Origin: Minisyncoccota bacterium
GTDB taxonomy: Bacteria > Patescibacteriota > Minisyncoccia > Phycocordibacterales > Phycocordibacteraceae
Direction: 5' to 3'
Assembly: GCA_035627595.1 (NCBI GenBank)
Contig: DASPLK010000002.1
Coordinates: forward strand, 1,824 to 65,823
DNA: 64,000 bases
The notes beneath the pieces were generated by a model that searched no databases, had not been told where the DNA came from, and was given only the letters and a program-made list of their open reading frames with translations. Shown one piece after another: positions 31,051 to 41,000 of the stretch. Numbering within the stretch: the first letter of the stretch is position 1; each line of letters starts with the position of its first letter. Made by a program: the position numbers and the translations under genes.

Positions 31051-31848
31051 TTAGTCCTCGACCTCAATTTCGAAAGTGAGGCGGTTGTTGTTTTCGTTGG
31101 ACTCGTTGACGTCTTCACCGCTGTCGATCTCAATTTTTACATCGTTCTCGCCATCACGGGGACGATCGTAGCCCAGAGTGAAGTCAGCAAACTGACCGGG
31201 CATGAGCGATACCTGCTCGCGGGACTTGTAGGTGTAGCGCGGGCGGGTCGGAAGTTCTGCTTCGAACTGCCACCGGCCGCTCTCGTTCGTGCCGGTATTG
31301 GTCACGCGGAACTTGAACGCAGGACGCTCGTCCTCAGGGACAGTTGAGTCCTTCACAAACGAGTCGGTCGAACTCGTGCGGAGATACCCGACCTCGACAA
31401 GGCGAACCGTAAGATCGGCTTTGCCATAAAGGTTCCGAGTGCCCGGTACCGGGACTGCAATCACAGTCGGGGTCGTAGGCTGTGTAGGCGTCACAGTCTG
31501 GGAAGGAGTTGACGGAACAGGGTAGGTGGTTGTTTCTACCGGATCGGTAGAGGTGGCACTCTCCTCATCTTCATCATTCCTTTCATTCTCAAATGGGACG
31601 CTTTCTCCTGGAACGACCTCAAGGTCATTGTCTCCCTCATCGCCTCCGAAGATAGACGAGAAGTACACGTTAGCTGCGCCGAGGCGGGAAGCCGTATCCG
31701 GGAGGATGCGGGCAGCGTAGATAGCAAGCGTAATACCAATAAACAGAAGCGCGACGAAGCCGACGACGGCAAGGCCGTTAATCGCGGCCCGGCGGGTGCC
31801 TGTTGGGCGCTCGACGGTCGTTGTGGTGGTATGGGTCATGGGTTCCAT
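31051..31848 (-). CDS. Membrane-anchored acidic hypothetical protein (possible CARDB-like C-terminal domain)
   Basis: N-terminal TM (LAVVGFVALLFIGITLAIYAA). D/E-rich linker. Thr/Pro-rich segment. C-terminal beta-rich domain ending NNNRLTFEIEV. Confidence 0.45.
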   Translation of the reverse strand: MEPMTHTTTTTVERPTGTRRAAINGLAVVGFVALLFIGITLAIYAARILPDTASRLGAANVYFSSIFGGDEGDNDLEVVPGESVPFENERNDEDEESATSTDPVETTTYPVPSTPSQTVTPTQPTTPTVIAVPVPGTRNLYGKADLTVRLVEVGYLRTSSTDSFVKDSTVPEDERPAFKFRVTNTGTNESGRWQFEAELPTRPRYTYKSREQVSLMPGQFADFTLGYDRPRDGENDVKIEIDSGEDVNESNENNNRLTFEIEVED

Positions 31849-31950
31849 ATGCTCACATATGTACCATAGCCTATATTCTTTGTCAAATCTGTGGTAAAAG
31901 CTGAAAACTTGACAAAAGAGATAATCTTATGTAGTTATATGTAAGAACAT

Positions 31951-32607
31951 ATGGCACAGGTTCACGACAGCAAGGAGGCCTCAGGGCTGCTCGCACAGGT
32001 ATTCGCAAGGAAGTTCAGCTTCGTTGCGGCCTTTACGCTTGTATTTTTTGTGACCTTCTCGGTGCTCCAGGCGTTTGAGCTGGTGCCTGAGGAGATTGCA
32101 AAAGAGGAAGTAAAGGAGGGGCGCCTCACTGCATCAGTCGCTGAGACGGTAAAGGCGCTTCCGGAGTATCCGACGCGTATTGAGATCCCGGCTATTGAGA
32201 TGAATGCGGAGATTGCGAACCCGACGTCGACAAATGTTGCGGTACTTGATCGCGCGCTCCTGAAGACGGCGGTCCGCTATCCGACGTCGGCACGACTTGG
32301 CGAAGAAGGGAACGTTATCCTTTTCGGCCACTCGAGCTATCTTCCGGTCGTGAACAATGAGGCATATAAGATCTTCAATGAAATTCAGAAGCTTGAAGAG
32401 GGTGATCGCATCACCGTCTATGGCACCGAAACTGTATACGTATACGAGGTGGATGCCGTAGAAGAGAAGGATGCTGAAGCAGATGCAATCCCACTAACCG
32501 TAGGGGAGCCGACGCTAACCCTTTCGACTTGCGATTCGTTCGGAAAGAAAACCGACCGGTTCGTTGTTACCGCAAAGCTTGTGGGAAGCCATCCGATCGA
32601 GGACTAA
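31951..32607 (+). CDS. Sortase family transpeptidase
   Basis: N-terminal membrane anchor. The catalytic triad is arranged in sortase order: ILFGH (His), TLTLSTCD (TLxTC Cys), and DRFVVTAKL (Arg). Confidence 0.75.
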   Translation: MAQVHDSKEASGLLAQVFARKFSFVAAFTLVFFVTFSVLQAFELVPEEIAKEEVKEGRLTASVAETVKALPEYPTRIEIPAIEMNAEIANPTSTNVAVLDRALLKTAVRYPTSARLGEEGNVILFGHSSYLPVVNNEAYKIFNEIQKLEEGDRITVYGTETVYVYEVDAVEEKDAEADAIPLTVGEPTLTLSTCDSFGKKTDRFVVTAKLVGSHPIED

Positions 32608-32721
32608 GGTCCCCGTTGGATGGCTCGTCGCAAGATGAGAAGTTCGGCCGCGAAAGCGGAAGCGAGCGAATGTTCAAACGTGCTCCCAATTTCGGGTTCA
32701 GCACAAGCAAGGAGAACAGAG

Positions 32722-33705
32722 ATGAAGAAGCGCCTTCTGACTACCGCGCTTTCCATCGCTCTCGTCGCGCTGCCCACTCAATTCGTGGGAGCATCGGCGG
32801 TGATGGCGATGGAGCCGGCTGGGCAGTCATTCTGTCCGGACGGAATCGAAAGCGGCGAGGAACTCGCCCGAAAGCTTGATGCTTCGCTGGCGATCGACCC
32901 GCAGGGCAGCCGGCCGCTTGAAGGCTGTCACGCGAACCCTATCGAGTTCCTGGTGGCCTTCAATGCTGCCGATCGACAAGAAGGTCTGACCCACGTCAAC
33001 CAGCTCCCAGCCTATGCCAGGAAGCTGGTCCCCGTGGAAGTGGACCGGACGCTCGAGTACCAGTCGTCTTGCATCCGCGTGATGTCGGGCGGCAGGAGGG
33101 CAGTCGAGATGGGTTGTGTTACGCGCTCGCTGCGTCGCGGGGAAGTGATCTACATGAACCCCGATACGCAGACGAAGGTCCTGTGGAGCGGCTGCGCCAA
33201 TCCCGGGTTCGCCCCAAGCCTCGAGCTCATCGTCGTGGGCAGGGAGTGCATCCGCATTCGGGTACCCCCGCTGCCTGTCGGCACCGTCGCGCGTGGCGGG
33301 TACATCGGTCCGCGCCTGCTTCCGGGCCGCTGCCACGCGCTCCGGCTTCCGGGTGCCGAAGATCGCATCTTCGACCTCCCGGAAGAATGTCCGATGGGCG
33401 TTCGCGAGCGTGAAGGTCGGCTGGTCCCGATCGTTTGTGACTGGACCGCCGTCGAACGCAACACGAGCCGGATCATGGGACAACCCGTGCAGATCCAGAA
33501 CGTGAGCTTCAGCTTCGTCGTCAGGGAGACGGACGGTTTCGACTGGTACCTTCCTCCCGAGGCGGTCGAGGGCCATGCCGCACTCTGTTTCGAGCTTCCG
33601 AACGGCGACATCGTCACGTTTTCGGTCAGCGAACGGAACTACGTGGACGGCGAGTACGTGGTTACTGAAGCGGACATCCGCAACAATACCCACGACATCG
33701 GCTGA
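32722..33705 (+). CDS. Secreted Cys/Arg-rich hypothetical protein encoded in a high-GC island
   Basis: Signal peptide (MKKRLLTTALSIALVALP). Codon usage dominated by GCC/CGC/CCG, unlike the neighbours. The opposite-strand W/R-rich ORF is an artefact. Confidence 0.45.
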   Translation: MKKRLLTTALSIALVALPTQFVGASAVMAMEPAGQSFCPDGIESGEELARKLDASLAIDPQGSRPLEGCHANPIEFLVAFNAADRQEGLTHVNQLPAYARKLVPVEVDRTLEYQSSCIRVMSGGRRAVEMGCVTRSLRRGEVIYMNPDTQTKVLWSGCANPGFAPSLELIVVGRECIRIRVPPLPVGTVARGGYIGPRLLPGRCHALRLPGAEDRIFDLPEECPMGVREREGRLVPIVCDWTAVERNTSRIMGQPVQIQNVSFSFVVRETDGFDWYLPPEAVEGHAALCFELPNGDIVTFSVSERNYVDGEYVVTEADIRNNTHDIG

Positions 33706-33819
33706 TTGTTGGTGCGTGCGGGGCTTAAAACCCCCGCACGTCACCTCCATCTCTTTCTCCTTTTTTATACGCTGCGAAAGCAGCAGGGAATTATTTCTTA
33801 TCACTTTACTGAAACACCT

Positions 33820-35892
33820 ATGGAAAGCATCGTCGCCAAAAGCCGATTCTCGAAATCCAAACCGATTCTTGTCGGCGTGTTCGCCGTGCTCGTAACGCTC
33901 GCAAGCGGTATGGCACTCGCGTTCGCACTCGGATTTACGACCCCGGAGAAATTGATGGCACAGGTCACGCCACAGCCGCCATGCTGCACACCGCAGCCAC
34001 CGCAGCCACCTCCACCACCGCCACCTCCACCACCGCCAACACCTCCGGTCACTCCACAGCCTCCCTGCTGCGTGCCTCCACCGCCTCCACCGCCGCCACC
34101 TCCACCACCACCTCCACCACCTCCACCACCTCCGCCACCACCTCCACCACCTCCACCTCCTCCGCCACCGCCACCGCCGGTAGTCGCGCAGTGTGTCTAC
34201 TTGCGTGCAAACAAGAGCACTATTTCGGCACCAGGCGAAGCAGTCGTCCTTAGCTGGAAGACCATTAATGGTGTATCTGCATCCATCAATAATGGAGTCG
34301 GTGCTGTTTCTCCGGTCGGGGAGGGTTCTATAACCGTTAATCCGACAGGGGACACTACGTATACTCTTACCGTCAACGGCATCATCGGCCAGGCCGATTG
34401 TGAGACGAGTATCACTATTGGTGATACGCAGCCAGCTGCGCGTTGTGTTGCATTTGCTGCAAGCCATGAGCAAATCACACCGGGCCAGGCCGTCACGCTT
34501 ACCTGGGAGACCGAGAACGCTACCCGCGCCTCGATTAACCAGAACATCGGTCAGGTAGCTCTATCGGGTTCCATGACGGTCAACCCGACCCAGACCACGA
34601 CCTACATCCTTACTGTTGAGGGCGTAAATGGGCCAGTCGATTGTCAGGATACAGTAGTTGTCGATGATGGACCTCCTCCGTCCGGTCCTCGCTGTATCTA
34701 CCTAAGGGCTAGCGATACAACTATTGAGGAAGGACAGGAGATCACCCTTACCTGGGAGACCGAAAGGGCATCGCGCGTCGAACTCAACCAGGGTATCGGT
34801 CGTGTTGCCGCTGACGGTTCTCGTGAGGTTAGCCCAGATGAGGACACGACCTATGTTCTCTCAGTGTATGACGACGAAGATGGCGAAGCCGCTGATCTCA
34901 TCGACACCTGCCAGGTGAGCGTTTCTCTCGATGACGACGACGATGATGATGGAGGCGGCGGTGGCGGTGGCGGAAGCCGCAGGCCGCGTGTCGTACTTGA
35001 TGTAGACACCATTGAGCCTGAGCCACCGCTCTCCTTCGTGTACCTCTCTGAGATGCCGTACACCGGTCTTGATCTCGGTCCTATGGGTACCGCTGTCTAC
35101 TGGCTCATGCTGATCGGCTGGAGCGCAGCAGCTGCATACCTCACGCTCTTCCACATCATGCCGTTCGCGCTCCGTAGGGTCCGCACCTTCGGCACGGATG
35201 TTCATGGCGTCCTCAATAGCGATCATGCTCCAGAGGCGCACGAGGAGACCGTGATGCATTCCGCATCGCATGCAGTACCTGCTGCACATCCTCCGGCATC
35301 GCATGCACCTGCACACGCTGATGCAAGCCACTTCCGGGGCTACACCTCTAAGGAGGGCTTCCGCTCCTTCGCGCAGACCGATACGCTTACGATCGATGAC
35401 ATCGTAAAGGGTCTATCTCGCGAAAGCGCGCAGGCACCAGTACACCAGGAGCCAGTAGTACAGGCATCGGTATACCAGGCGCCAATCGCACAGGCGCAGA
35501 TTGAGCCGGTCATCGTACCGAACACAGAGCGCATCCAGGAGCAGACCGCCGCTCAGATGGAGATCCATCACGACGTTCCAGCATTCATCCAGGCACTTCT
35601 TGCAGGTGACCGTGATACGGTCTTCGGCATGCTGCGCCAGGTGAATCGTACGGGCGGCGACTCTGAGACCTTCGTGACCCATGCGGTCTGCGCGCTTGAC
35701 GATGCGTACCGCGCACGTCTTGAGGGCACCCCGTGCCATCCAGAGATTCTCCGCGCTACCGAGGATTGTGCTACACCATTCCTTGAGAAGGTGATCGTAT
35801 CCCTTGCGACCGCAGTAGACTCGAGCTACTCAACGGGCGTGACAGGCGCAAAACTTGCGCTCACTCGTGCGCTCTCCGTTGTAAACGGATAA
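33820..35892 (+). CDS. Large surface protein: signal anchor, ~60-aa poly-Pro linker, 3 tandem Ig-like repeats, Asp/Gly-rich spacer, internal PYTG-TM-RRVR segment, His-rich C-terminal region
   Basis: Start chosen at MESIVAKSRF. Three ~100-aa repeats (CVYLRANKSTISAPGEAVVLSWKT..., CVAFAASHEQITPGQAVTLTWET..., CIYLRASDTTIEEGQEITLTWET...). LSEMPYTGLDLG is followed by a 25-aa hydrophobic stretch and then RRVR. Confidence 0.6.
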   Translation: MESIVAKSRFSKSKPILVGVFAVLVTLASGMALAFALGFTTPEKLMAQVTPQPPCCTPQPPQPPPPPPPPPPPTPPVTPQPPCCVPPPPPPPPPPPPPPPPPPPPPPPPPPPPPPPPPPPVVAQCVYLRANKSTISAPGEAVVLSWKTINGVSASINNGVGAVSPVGEGSITVNPTGDTTYTLTVNGIIGQADCETSITIGDTQPAARCVAFAASHEQITPGQAVTLTWETENATRASINQNIGQVALSGSMTVNPTQTTTYILTVEGVNGPVDCQDTVVVDDGPPPSGPRCIYLRASDTTIEEGQEITLTWETERASRVELNQGIGRVAADGSREVSPDEDTTYVLSVYDDEDGEAADLIDTCQVSVSLDDDDDDDGGGGGGGGSRRPRVVLDVDTIEPEPPLSFVYLSEMPYTGLDLGPMGTAVYWLMLIGWSAAAAYLTLFHIMPFALRRVRTFGTDVHGVLNSDHAPEAHEETVMHSASHAVPAAHPPASHAPAHADASHFRGYTSKEGFRSFAQTDTLTIDDIVKGLSRESAQAPVHQEPVVQASVYQAPIAQAQIEPVIVPNTERIQEQTAAQMEIHHDVPAFIQALLAGDRDTVFGMLRQVNRTGGDSETFVTHAVCALDDAYRARLEGTPCHPEILRATEDCATPFLEKVIVSLATAVDSSYSTGVTGAKLALTRALSVVNG
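33972..34178 (+). repeat. CCN trinucleotide (poly-proline-coding) low-complexity tract
   Basis: About 200 nt of near-pure CCA/CCG/CCT codons. It produces the spurious antisense W/R-rich ORF 32827..34473. Confidence 0.8.
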
Positions 35893-35904
35893 GCCACCAA
35901 TACC

Positions 35905-35934
35905 AAAAGCCCCCGGCTAATGCCGGGGGCTTTT
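35905..35934. terminator. Bidirectional hairpin between the convergent surface-protein gene and thrS
   Basis: aaaagcccccggc-taat-gccgggggctttt, a perfect 13-bp stem with flanking A/T runs. Confidence 0.7.
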
Positions 35935-35937
35935 GTG

Positions 35938-37677
35938 TTAGGAACGTTCTTGAATTTCTGTAGTGAGCCGCGAAACGAGCTCTTCCCTTGAAAGTGTCTC
36001 GGAGGACCCGCCCCTTGATTCAAGGGTAACCGCACCGCTCTCAACCTCTTTATCGCCAAGCACGAGGAAGTAGGGGACACGCTCCTGTTTCGTAGCGCGT
36101 ATCTTCTTACCAAGAGATTCGCTCGCGTCATCAAGTTCGGCGCGCACGCCAGCAGCCTGGAGCATGGTGGATACTCCGCGCGCATACTCGTGATGCTTAT
36201 CGGATACCGGCAATACCTTTACCTGCACCGGAGAAAGCCAGAGCGGGAAGTTGCCGCCAAGGTGCTCAATCAAGACCGCAGAGAAGCGCTCTATGGAACC
36301 CATAATTGCGCAATGAATCATAACGATGCGCTCTTTCTCGCCCTTCTCATTAACACAGGTGAGGTCGAAGCGCTCCGGCTGGTTCATATCGAGCTGGATG
36401 GTCGCAACCTGGTGCTGGCGGCCCATAGAATCGGTTGCCATGAAGTCGAGCTTGGGACCGTACATCGCCGCCTCACCTTCGGCTTCGAAATAATCAGCAT
36501 TGCGCTCTTTGGCAATCTCGCGAAGCGCGTTCTCTGCATTTGCCCAGATCTCAGGCGTACCCAGGTAGCTCTCCATGTTCTTAGGATCATGGAAAGAGAG
36601 ACGAACCTTGAGCGTGTAGCCAAAGGCGCTGTAGAAGGTATCCACCATGTCCCAGATGCGGAAGAATTCTTCTTTGACCTGGCTCTGGCGACAGAAGACG
36701 TGACTGTCATCCTGTGTAATCGAAAGGACGCGTGTAAGCCCGCCGAGTTCCCCGGACTGCTCATCACGATAGACCATGGTGGTCTCTGCGTAGCGCTGCG
36801 GCATCTCGCGGTAGGAGTGGGGCTTGCGGGCGAAGATCTGCGTGTGGTGCGGGCAGTTCATAGGCTTCAGTGCGTATTCCTTGCCTTCGCGGGTCGTGAT
36901 ACGGAAAAGCTCATCGGCGAACTTAGCCCAGTGACCAGAAGTCTCATAGAGATCCTTCTTAGTAATGTGCGGGATGGTTACGCGCTGGTACCCGTTCCTC
37001 TGGCGGAGTTCCCAGATGAAGCGGTCGAGCTCATGGCGCACGATGGTGCCTTTTGGCGTCCACAAGGGAAGTCCAGACCCTACGAGGGGGGACGTGATAA
37101 AGAGGTCGAGTTCCGCGCCGAGCTTACGATGATCGCGCTTCTTGGCTTCCTCGATCTGCGCCTGGTACGCCTCTAGCTCTTCTTTGGTATCGAAAGCAAG
37201 ACCATAGATGCGGGTGAGCATCGCGTTCTTCTCATCGCCACGCCAGTATGCGCCTGCAACTCTATCAAGTATGAACGAGTCGGCTTTTATGTCATGAGCG
37301 GGCGTCTCACTGTGGCCGCCCCTACATAAGTCAGTGAAGCCGCCCGCAGTGTAGAGGGTGATAGGCTCTCCCTTGCTAACAATTTCGTCTATGAGCTCGA
37401 GTTTGTAGGGATTGCCGCTAAAGCGGTCGCGAGCATCTTTTTCAGATACTTCCGTGCCCGTCATATCCTTCCAGTCGGCAAGAAGCTCCCGCATGGAAGC
37501 AGTGAGCGCAGCGAGTTCGGTCTCTCCCGGGGTCTCACCGCCTGAGAAATCGAAGTCGTAATAGAAGCCGGTCTCAACAGCCGGCCCGATAGTGGCCTTT
37601 GCGTGGGGATAGCGCTCCTTCACTGCAGCGGCAAGCAAATGGGCCAAGGTATGGCGTTTTTCTTCTAGCGTTGGCAT
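35938..37677 (-). CDS. thrS: Threonine--tRNA ligase (short form lacking N-terminal TGS/editing domains)
   Basis: The MPTLEEKRHTLAHLLAAAVKERYP start matches the catalytic-core start of ThrRS. Class II motifs and a C-terminal anticodon-binding domain follow. 579 aa. Confidence 0.8.
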   Translation of the reverse strand: MPTLEEKRHTLAHLLAAAVKERYPHAKATIGPAVETGFYYDFDFSGGETPGETELAALTASMRELLADWKDMTGTEVSEKDARDRFSGNPYKLELIDEIVSKGEPITLYTAGGFTDLCRGGHSETPAHDIKADSFILDRVAGAYWRGDEKNAMLTRIYGLAFDTKEELEAYQAQIEEAKKRDHRKLGAELDLFITSPLVGSGLPLWTPKGTIVRHELDRFIWELRQRNGYQRVTIPHITKKDLYETSGHWAKFADELFRITTREGKEYALKPMNCPHHTQIFARKPHSYREMPQRYAETTMVYRDEQSGELGGLTRVLSITQDDSHVFCRQSQVKEEFFRIWDMVDTFYSAFGYTLKVRLSFHDPKNMESYLGTPEIWANAENALREIAKERNADYFEAEGEAAMYGPKLDFMATDSMGRQHQVATIQLDMNQPERFDLTCVNEKGEKERIVMIHCAIMGSIERFSAVLIEHLGGNFPLWLSPVQVKVLPVSDKHHEYARGVSTMLQAAGVRAELDDASESLGKKIRATKQERVPYFLVLGDKEVESGAVTLESRGGSSETLSREELVSRLTTEIQERS

Positions 37678-37756
37678 AGCATGAGAATAGCATGGAAAGA
37701 CAAAGGGCGGCTCCTTGCGGGGCCGCCCTGTATAGTCCTAGCGCTCGGGTGCATCC

Positions 37757-37963
37757 CTAGGAAGGCTCCCTATATGCGCTAGCAAGTTGCGTAAGTTTGG
37801 CGGCGAACTCATACAGTAGGTCGCTCATAGTGCCGCTCTTCTCGGCCTTTCGCTTCTCCAGGCCCTGGGTAGCGATGGCCAGAAGGGCTACGTGCGCGAT
37901 CGGTCCGCGCCCGTCCTGAAGTCTTTTGAGAATCTCAGGCAGTGTCAGCGATGATTCGCTCAT
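37757..37963 (-). CDS. Small hypothetical protein (68 aa)
   Basis: Intact ORF co-oriented between dnaE and thrS. No motif. May be non-coding. Confidence 0.25.
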   Translation of the reverse strand: MSESSLTLPEILKRLQDGRGPIAHVALLAIATQGLEKRKAEKSGTMSDLLYEFAAKLTQLASAYREPS

Positions 37964-38004
37964 TACCGTTTCTCCACGCGAGTCAGTCTCGCAACACCGT
38001 TATA

Positions 38005-41000
38005 TCAAAGCGCCTTCATGTTCTCAATGGAGAGCGATGTCTCGCCGTTTCTTCCGGAGATGGTCGCTTTTATGAGAAGGCAGGTGCCAGGCACGAGAAA
38101 CTCTGCGAAGTCCTTGTATAGTTTCGTGAAGATAACTGCCTCGATGGAGTCGGTTTTATCTGCAAAGCGCACGAATGCCATCTTCTCGCCCTTCTTGGTA
38201 AGGATAGTGCGCACCTCTTCAACAATGACCGGAAGAATTACTGGAAGTCCTGGGGTCGGATCTGCGAGCACATTCGCAATCGTCCGCTTCGCCTTGTTCA
38301 ACGTTTCCGCATGCTCATCAAGGGGGTGACCGGAGACATAAATGCCCAAAAGCTCCTTCTCCCATACAAGCTTCTCTCCCAGAGAGATCTCGACGACCTC
38401 CTCTGGAAGTCGAAGTGTAGGCGCGCTCATAGTGCCAAACAGGGAATCCTGATGCGCTGTCTGCGTAGCGTCCCTATGGAAGGTGAGCATCTGCTCGATA
38501 TGGCGAAGCATGAGTCCGCGATCGCCGAGACTGTCGAGCGCACCGCACTTGATCAGAGACTCGAGGGATTTACGGTTTAGTGCTCTTGAACCGATACGGC
38601 AGAGGAAATCGGAAAGGGAGGAGAATGGTCCACCCTCCTGACGCGCACGCAGAATCTCCTCAGATATACCCTCACCGAAGTTCTTAATGGATGTGAGGCC
38701 GAAGCGGATGGCATCCGTGCCATCCTCGCGGTCTTTGCCTAATACGACGGTGAAGTCGGTGCCGCTCTCGTTAACGTCCGGCGGGAGTACAGGTATACCG
38801 AGTCGCACGCACTCTGCAACGAAGATTGCGATAGCTTCGGTATCTCCCGCGTCAGCAGTAAGCACGGCAGCCATGTACTCGACCGGGTGATTAGCCTTCA
38901 TATACGCGGTCTGGTACGCCACCTTGCCGTAGCTTGCAGCGTGCGCCTTATTGAAACCGTACGCGGCAAAGGGCTCGATGAGCTTCCAAATACGCTCAGC
39001 TTTCTCTCTGCTGAGCTTTCCGAAATCCATAAAGCCTTGCAAGAGCTTCTCCTTCTGCGCCTCCATCTCAGCCGGGATCTTCTTTCCCATAGCCTTTCGG
39101 AGATTGTCGGCTTCGAGCCAGGAGTACCCACCCAGCTTAATCGCGGTCAAAAGCACGTCGTCCTGATACACGAGAAGCCCGTACGACGCATCGAGGTAGT
39201 CTTTCATGCGCTCGTCCATATAGTGGATGAGCTTCGAATTATGCTTACGCTCCACATACTGTGGGATCGTTTCCATCGGGCCCGGTCGATAGAGCGCGAC
39301 CATGGCATTGATGTCATGGATAGTAGTAGGACGGAGCTCTTTGAGGTACCGGGTCATGCCCGAACCGTTTAGCTGGAAGAGCCCCTCGGTCTCGCCGCGG
39401 GCGAGCATAGAAAAGGTAAGGGCATCGTCAAGCGGTATGTTCTCGATATCTATCCAGCGGTCGCGACTCTCCCTTACGCGGTCAACTGCGTCAGAAAGGA
39501 TCGCAAGGTTCTTAATGCCGAGAAAGTCGAATTTGAGAAGACCCGCATCTTCAATCGCATGCATGTCGTACTGTGTAATCAATTTCCCGGTCTTAGGGTC
39601 GGTCTGAAGGGCGGTCCATTCCGTAAGCGGGGTAGGAGCAATGACGACGCCTGCGGCATGCACGCCCGTATGGCGGGCTGATCCCTCAATGCGGCGAGCA
39701 AGATCTATGACTTCTTTCACATCGTCATCGCTCTCATAGAGATTCTTTAATTCCTCCTCAAGCTCGAGCGCGCGACCGATGGTCATGGGGAATCCCTGGC
39801 TGCCCATGGGGATCAACTTTGCGATGCGGTCGCCAATACCGTAGGAGTGCCCTAAAGCGCGTGCTACGTCGCGAACTGCAGCACGCGCCATCATAGTGCC
39901 AAACGTACCGATCTGCGCGACCTTATCCTCGCCGTACTTCCTTTTCGCATACTGAATAACCTCGTCACGGCGGTTGTCGGCGAAGTCCATATCGATGTCC
40001 GGCGCCTTTGGGCGTTCTGGATTGAGGAAGCGCTCGAACGGAAGCTTGTATGCGATAGGGTCGACGTTCGTTATGCCAACCAAGTATGAGACTAGGGAGC
40101 CAGCAGCCGAACCGCGAGTCGTAGTAAGGATGCCCGCGCTTTTGGCAAACGTGAGGAGGTCCGAGACCACAAGATAGTACGGAGCGAAGCCCTTAGAGAT
40201 AATGACTTCGAGTTCATACTCGATACGCTCCTTCACCTCAGGAGTCTCCTTCATACCGCGCATGGAGAGACCGGCGTACGTGCGCTCTCGTAAGACTTGC
40301 TCATGCGTTTTGCCCTCCTCAACCTCGATAGCAGGGAAGACCCAGCTTCCAAGCTCAAACGATACGTTGCAGCGTTCTGCGATCTCTCCTGAACGCCAGA
40401 CCGCATCTTCCTCGTCCTTGAACCATTCAAGCATTTCTTTCTCAGTAACGAACGAGAAGTCCTCGACTTCATTTGCGCCGTGCCGCCCGTGCTTGATGCG
40501 ACGCAGTACCTCATTTGCTTCTCGATCATCAGGGCGCAGATAATAAACATCGTGTTGCGCCACAAGAGGAACGCCTGACTCTTTAGAAAGCGCGCGTACG
40601 CCGTCCATGCGCTTTATATGACCATCCGCTTTCGGGTGATGCGTAATCTCGAGGAATACGTTGCCCTTGCCAAACACACTTACGTACTCAGCCAGAGCAG
40701 CGGCAGCGCCTGCAACATCGCCTGCCGATAGGAGCTTCATGGGTGCTCCAGCAAATGAGGGGATGAGCGCTATGAGTCCATCCTTATGCTCCTTAAGTAT
40801 CTCGAGGTCTATGCGCGGGCGGTCGGACATACCCTCGGTAAAGGAGAGGGTGACAAGTTTCAAAAGATTCTTATACCCGGCTTCGTTTTCAGCCAAAAGG
40901 ACGAGACGTGAGAATTTCTCGTTAGCATCGCGGTCGTGCCGGGAGCGCTGCGCGACGTATGCGTCGACGCCGATGATGGGCTTGATGCCGGCCTTGGTCG

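Noticed and set aside
32607-32620. 13-nt string ggtccccgttgg repeated at 32608 and 50430
   Set aside because: Two copies only. Both sit in short hairpin-like terminator contexts. Most likely a coincidence, not a repeat family.
32827-34473. 548-aa minus-strand ORF rich in W/R (WRWRRRWRWW...)
   Set aside because: It is the antisense read-through of the CCN poly-proline tract and the high-GC island, has no start or RBS context, and overlaps two well-supported + strand genes.
33820-35892. Possibility that the surface-protein gene is really two genes split at the PYTG-TM-RRVR segment
   Set aside because: The reading frame is continuous with no stop or RBS-ATG at the junction in this sequence. 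It is kept as one CDS but flagged for read-level verification.
36190-37176. 328-aa plus-strand ORF
   Set aside because: It is entirely antisense to thrS, which has strong homology support. It has no motifs.
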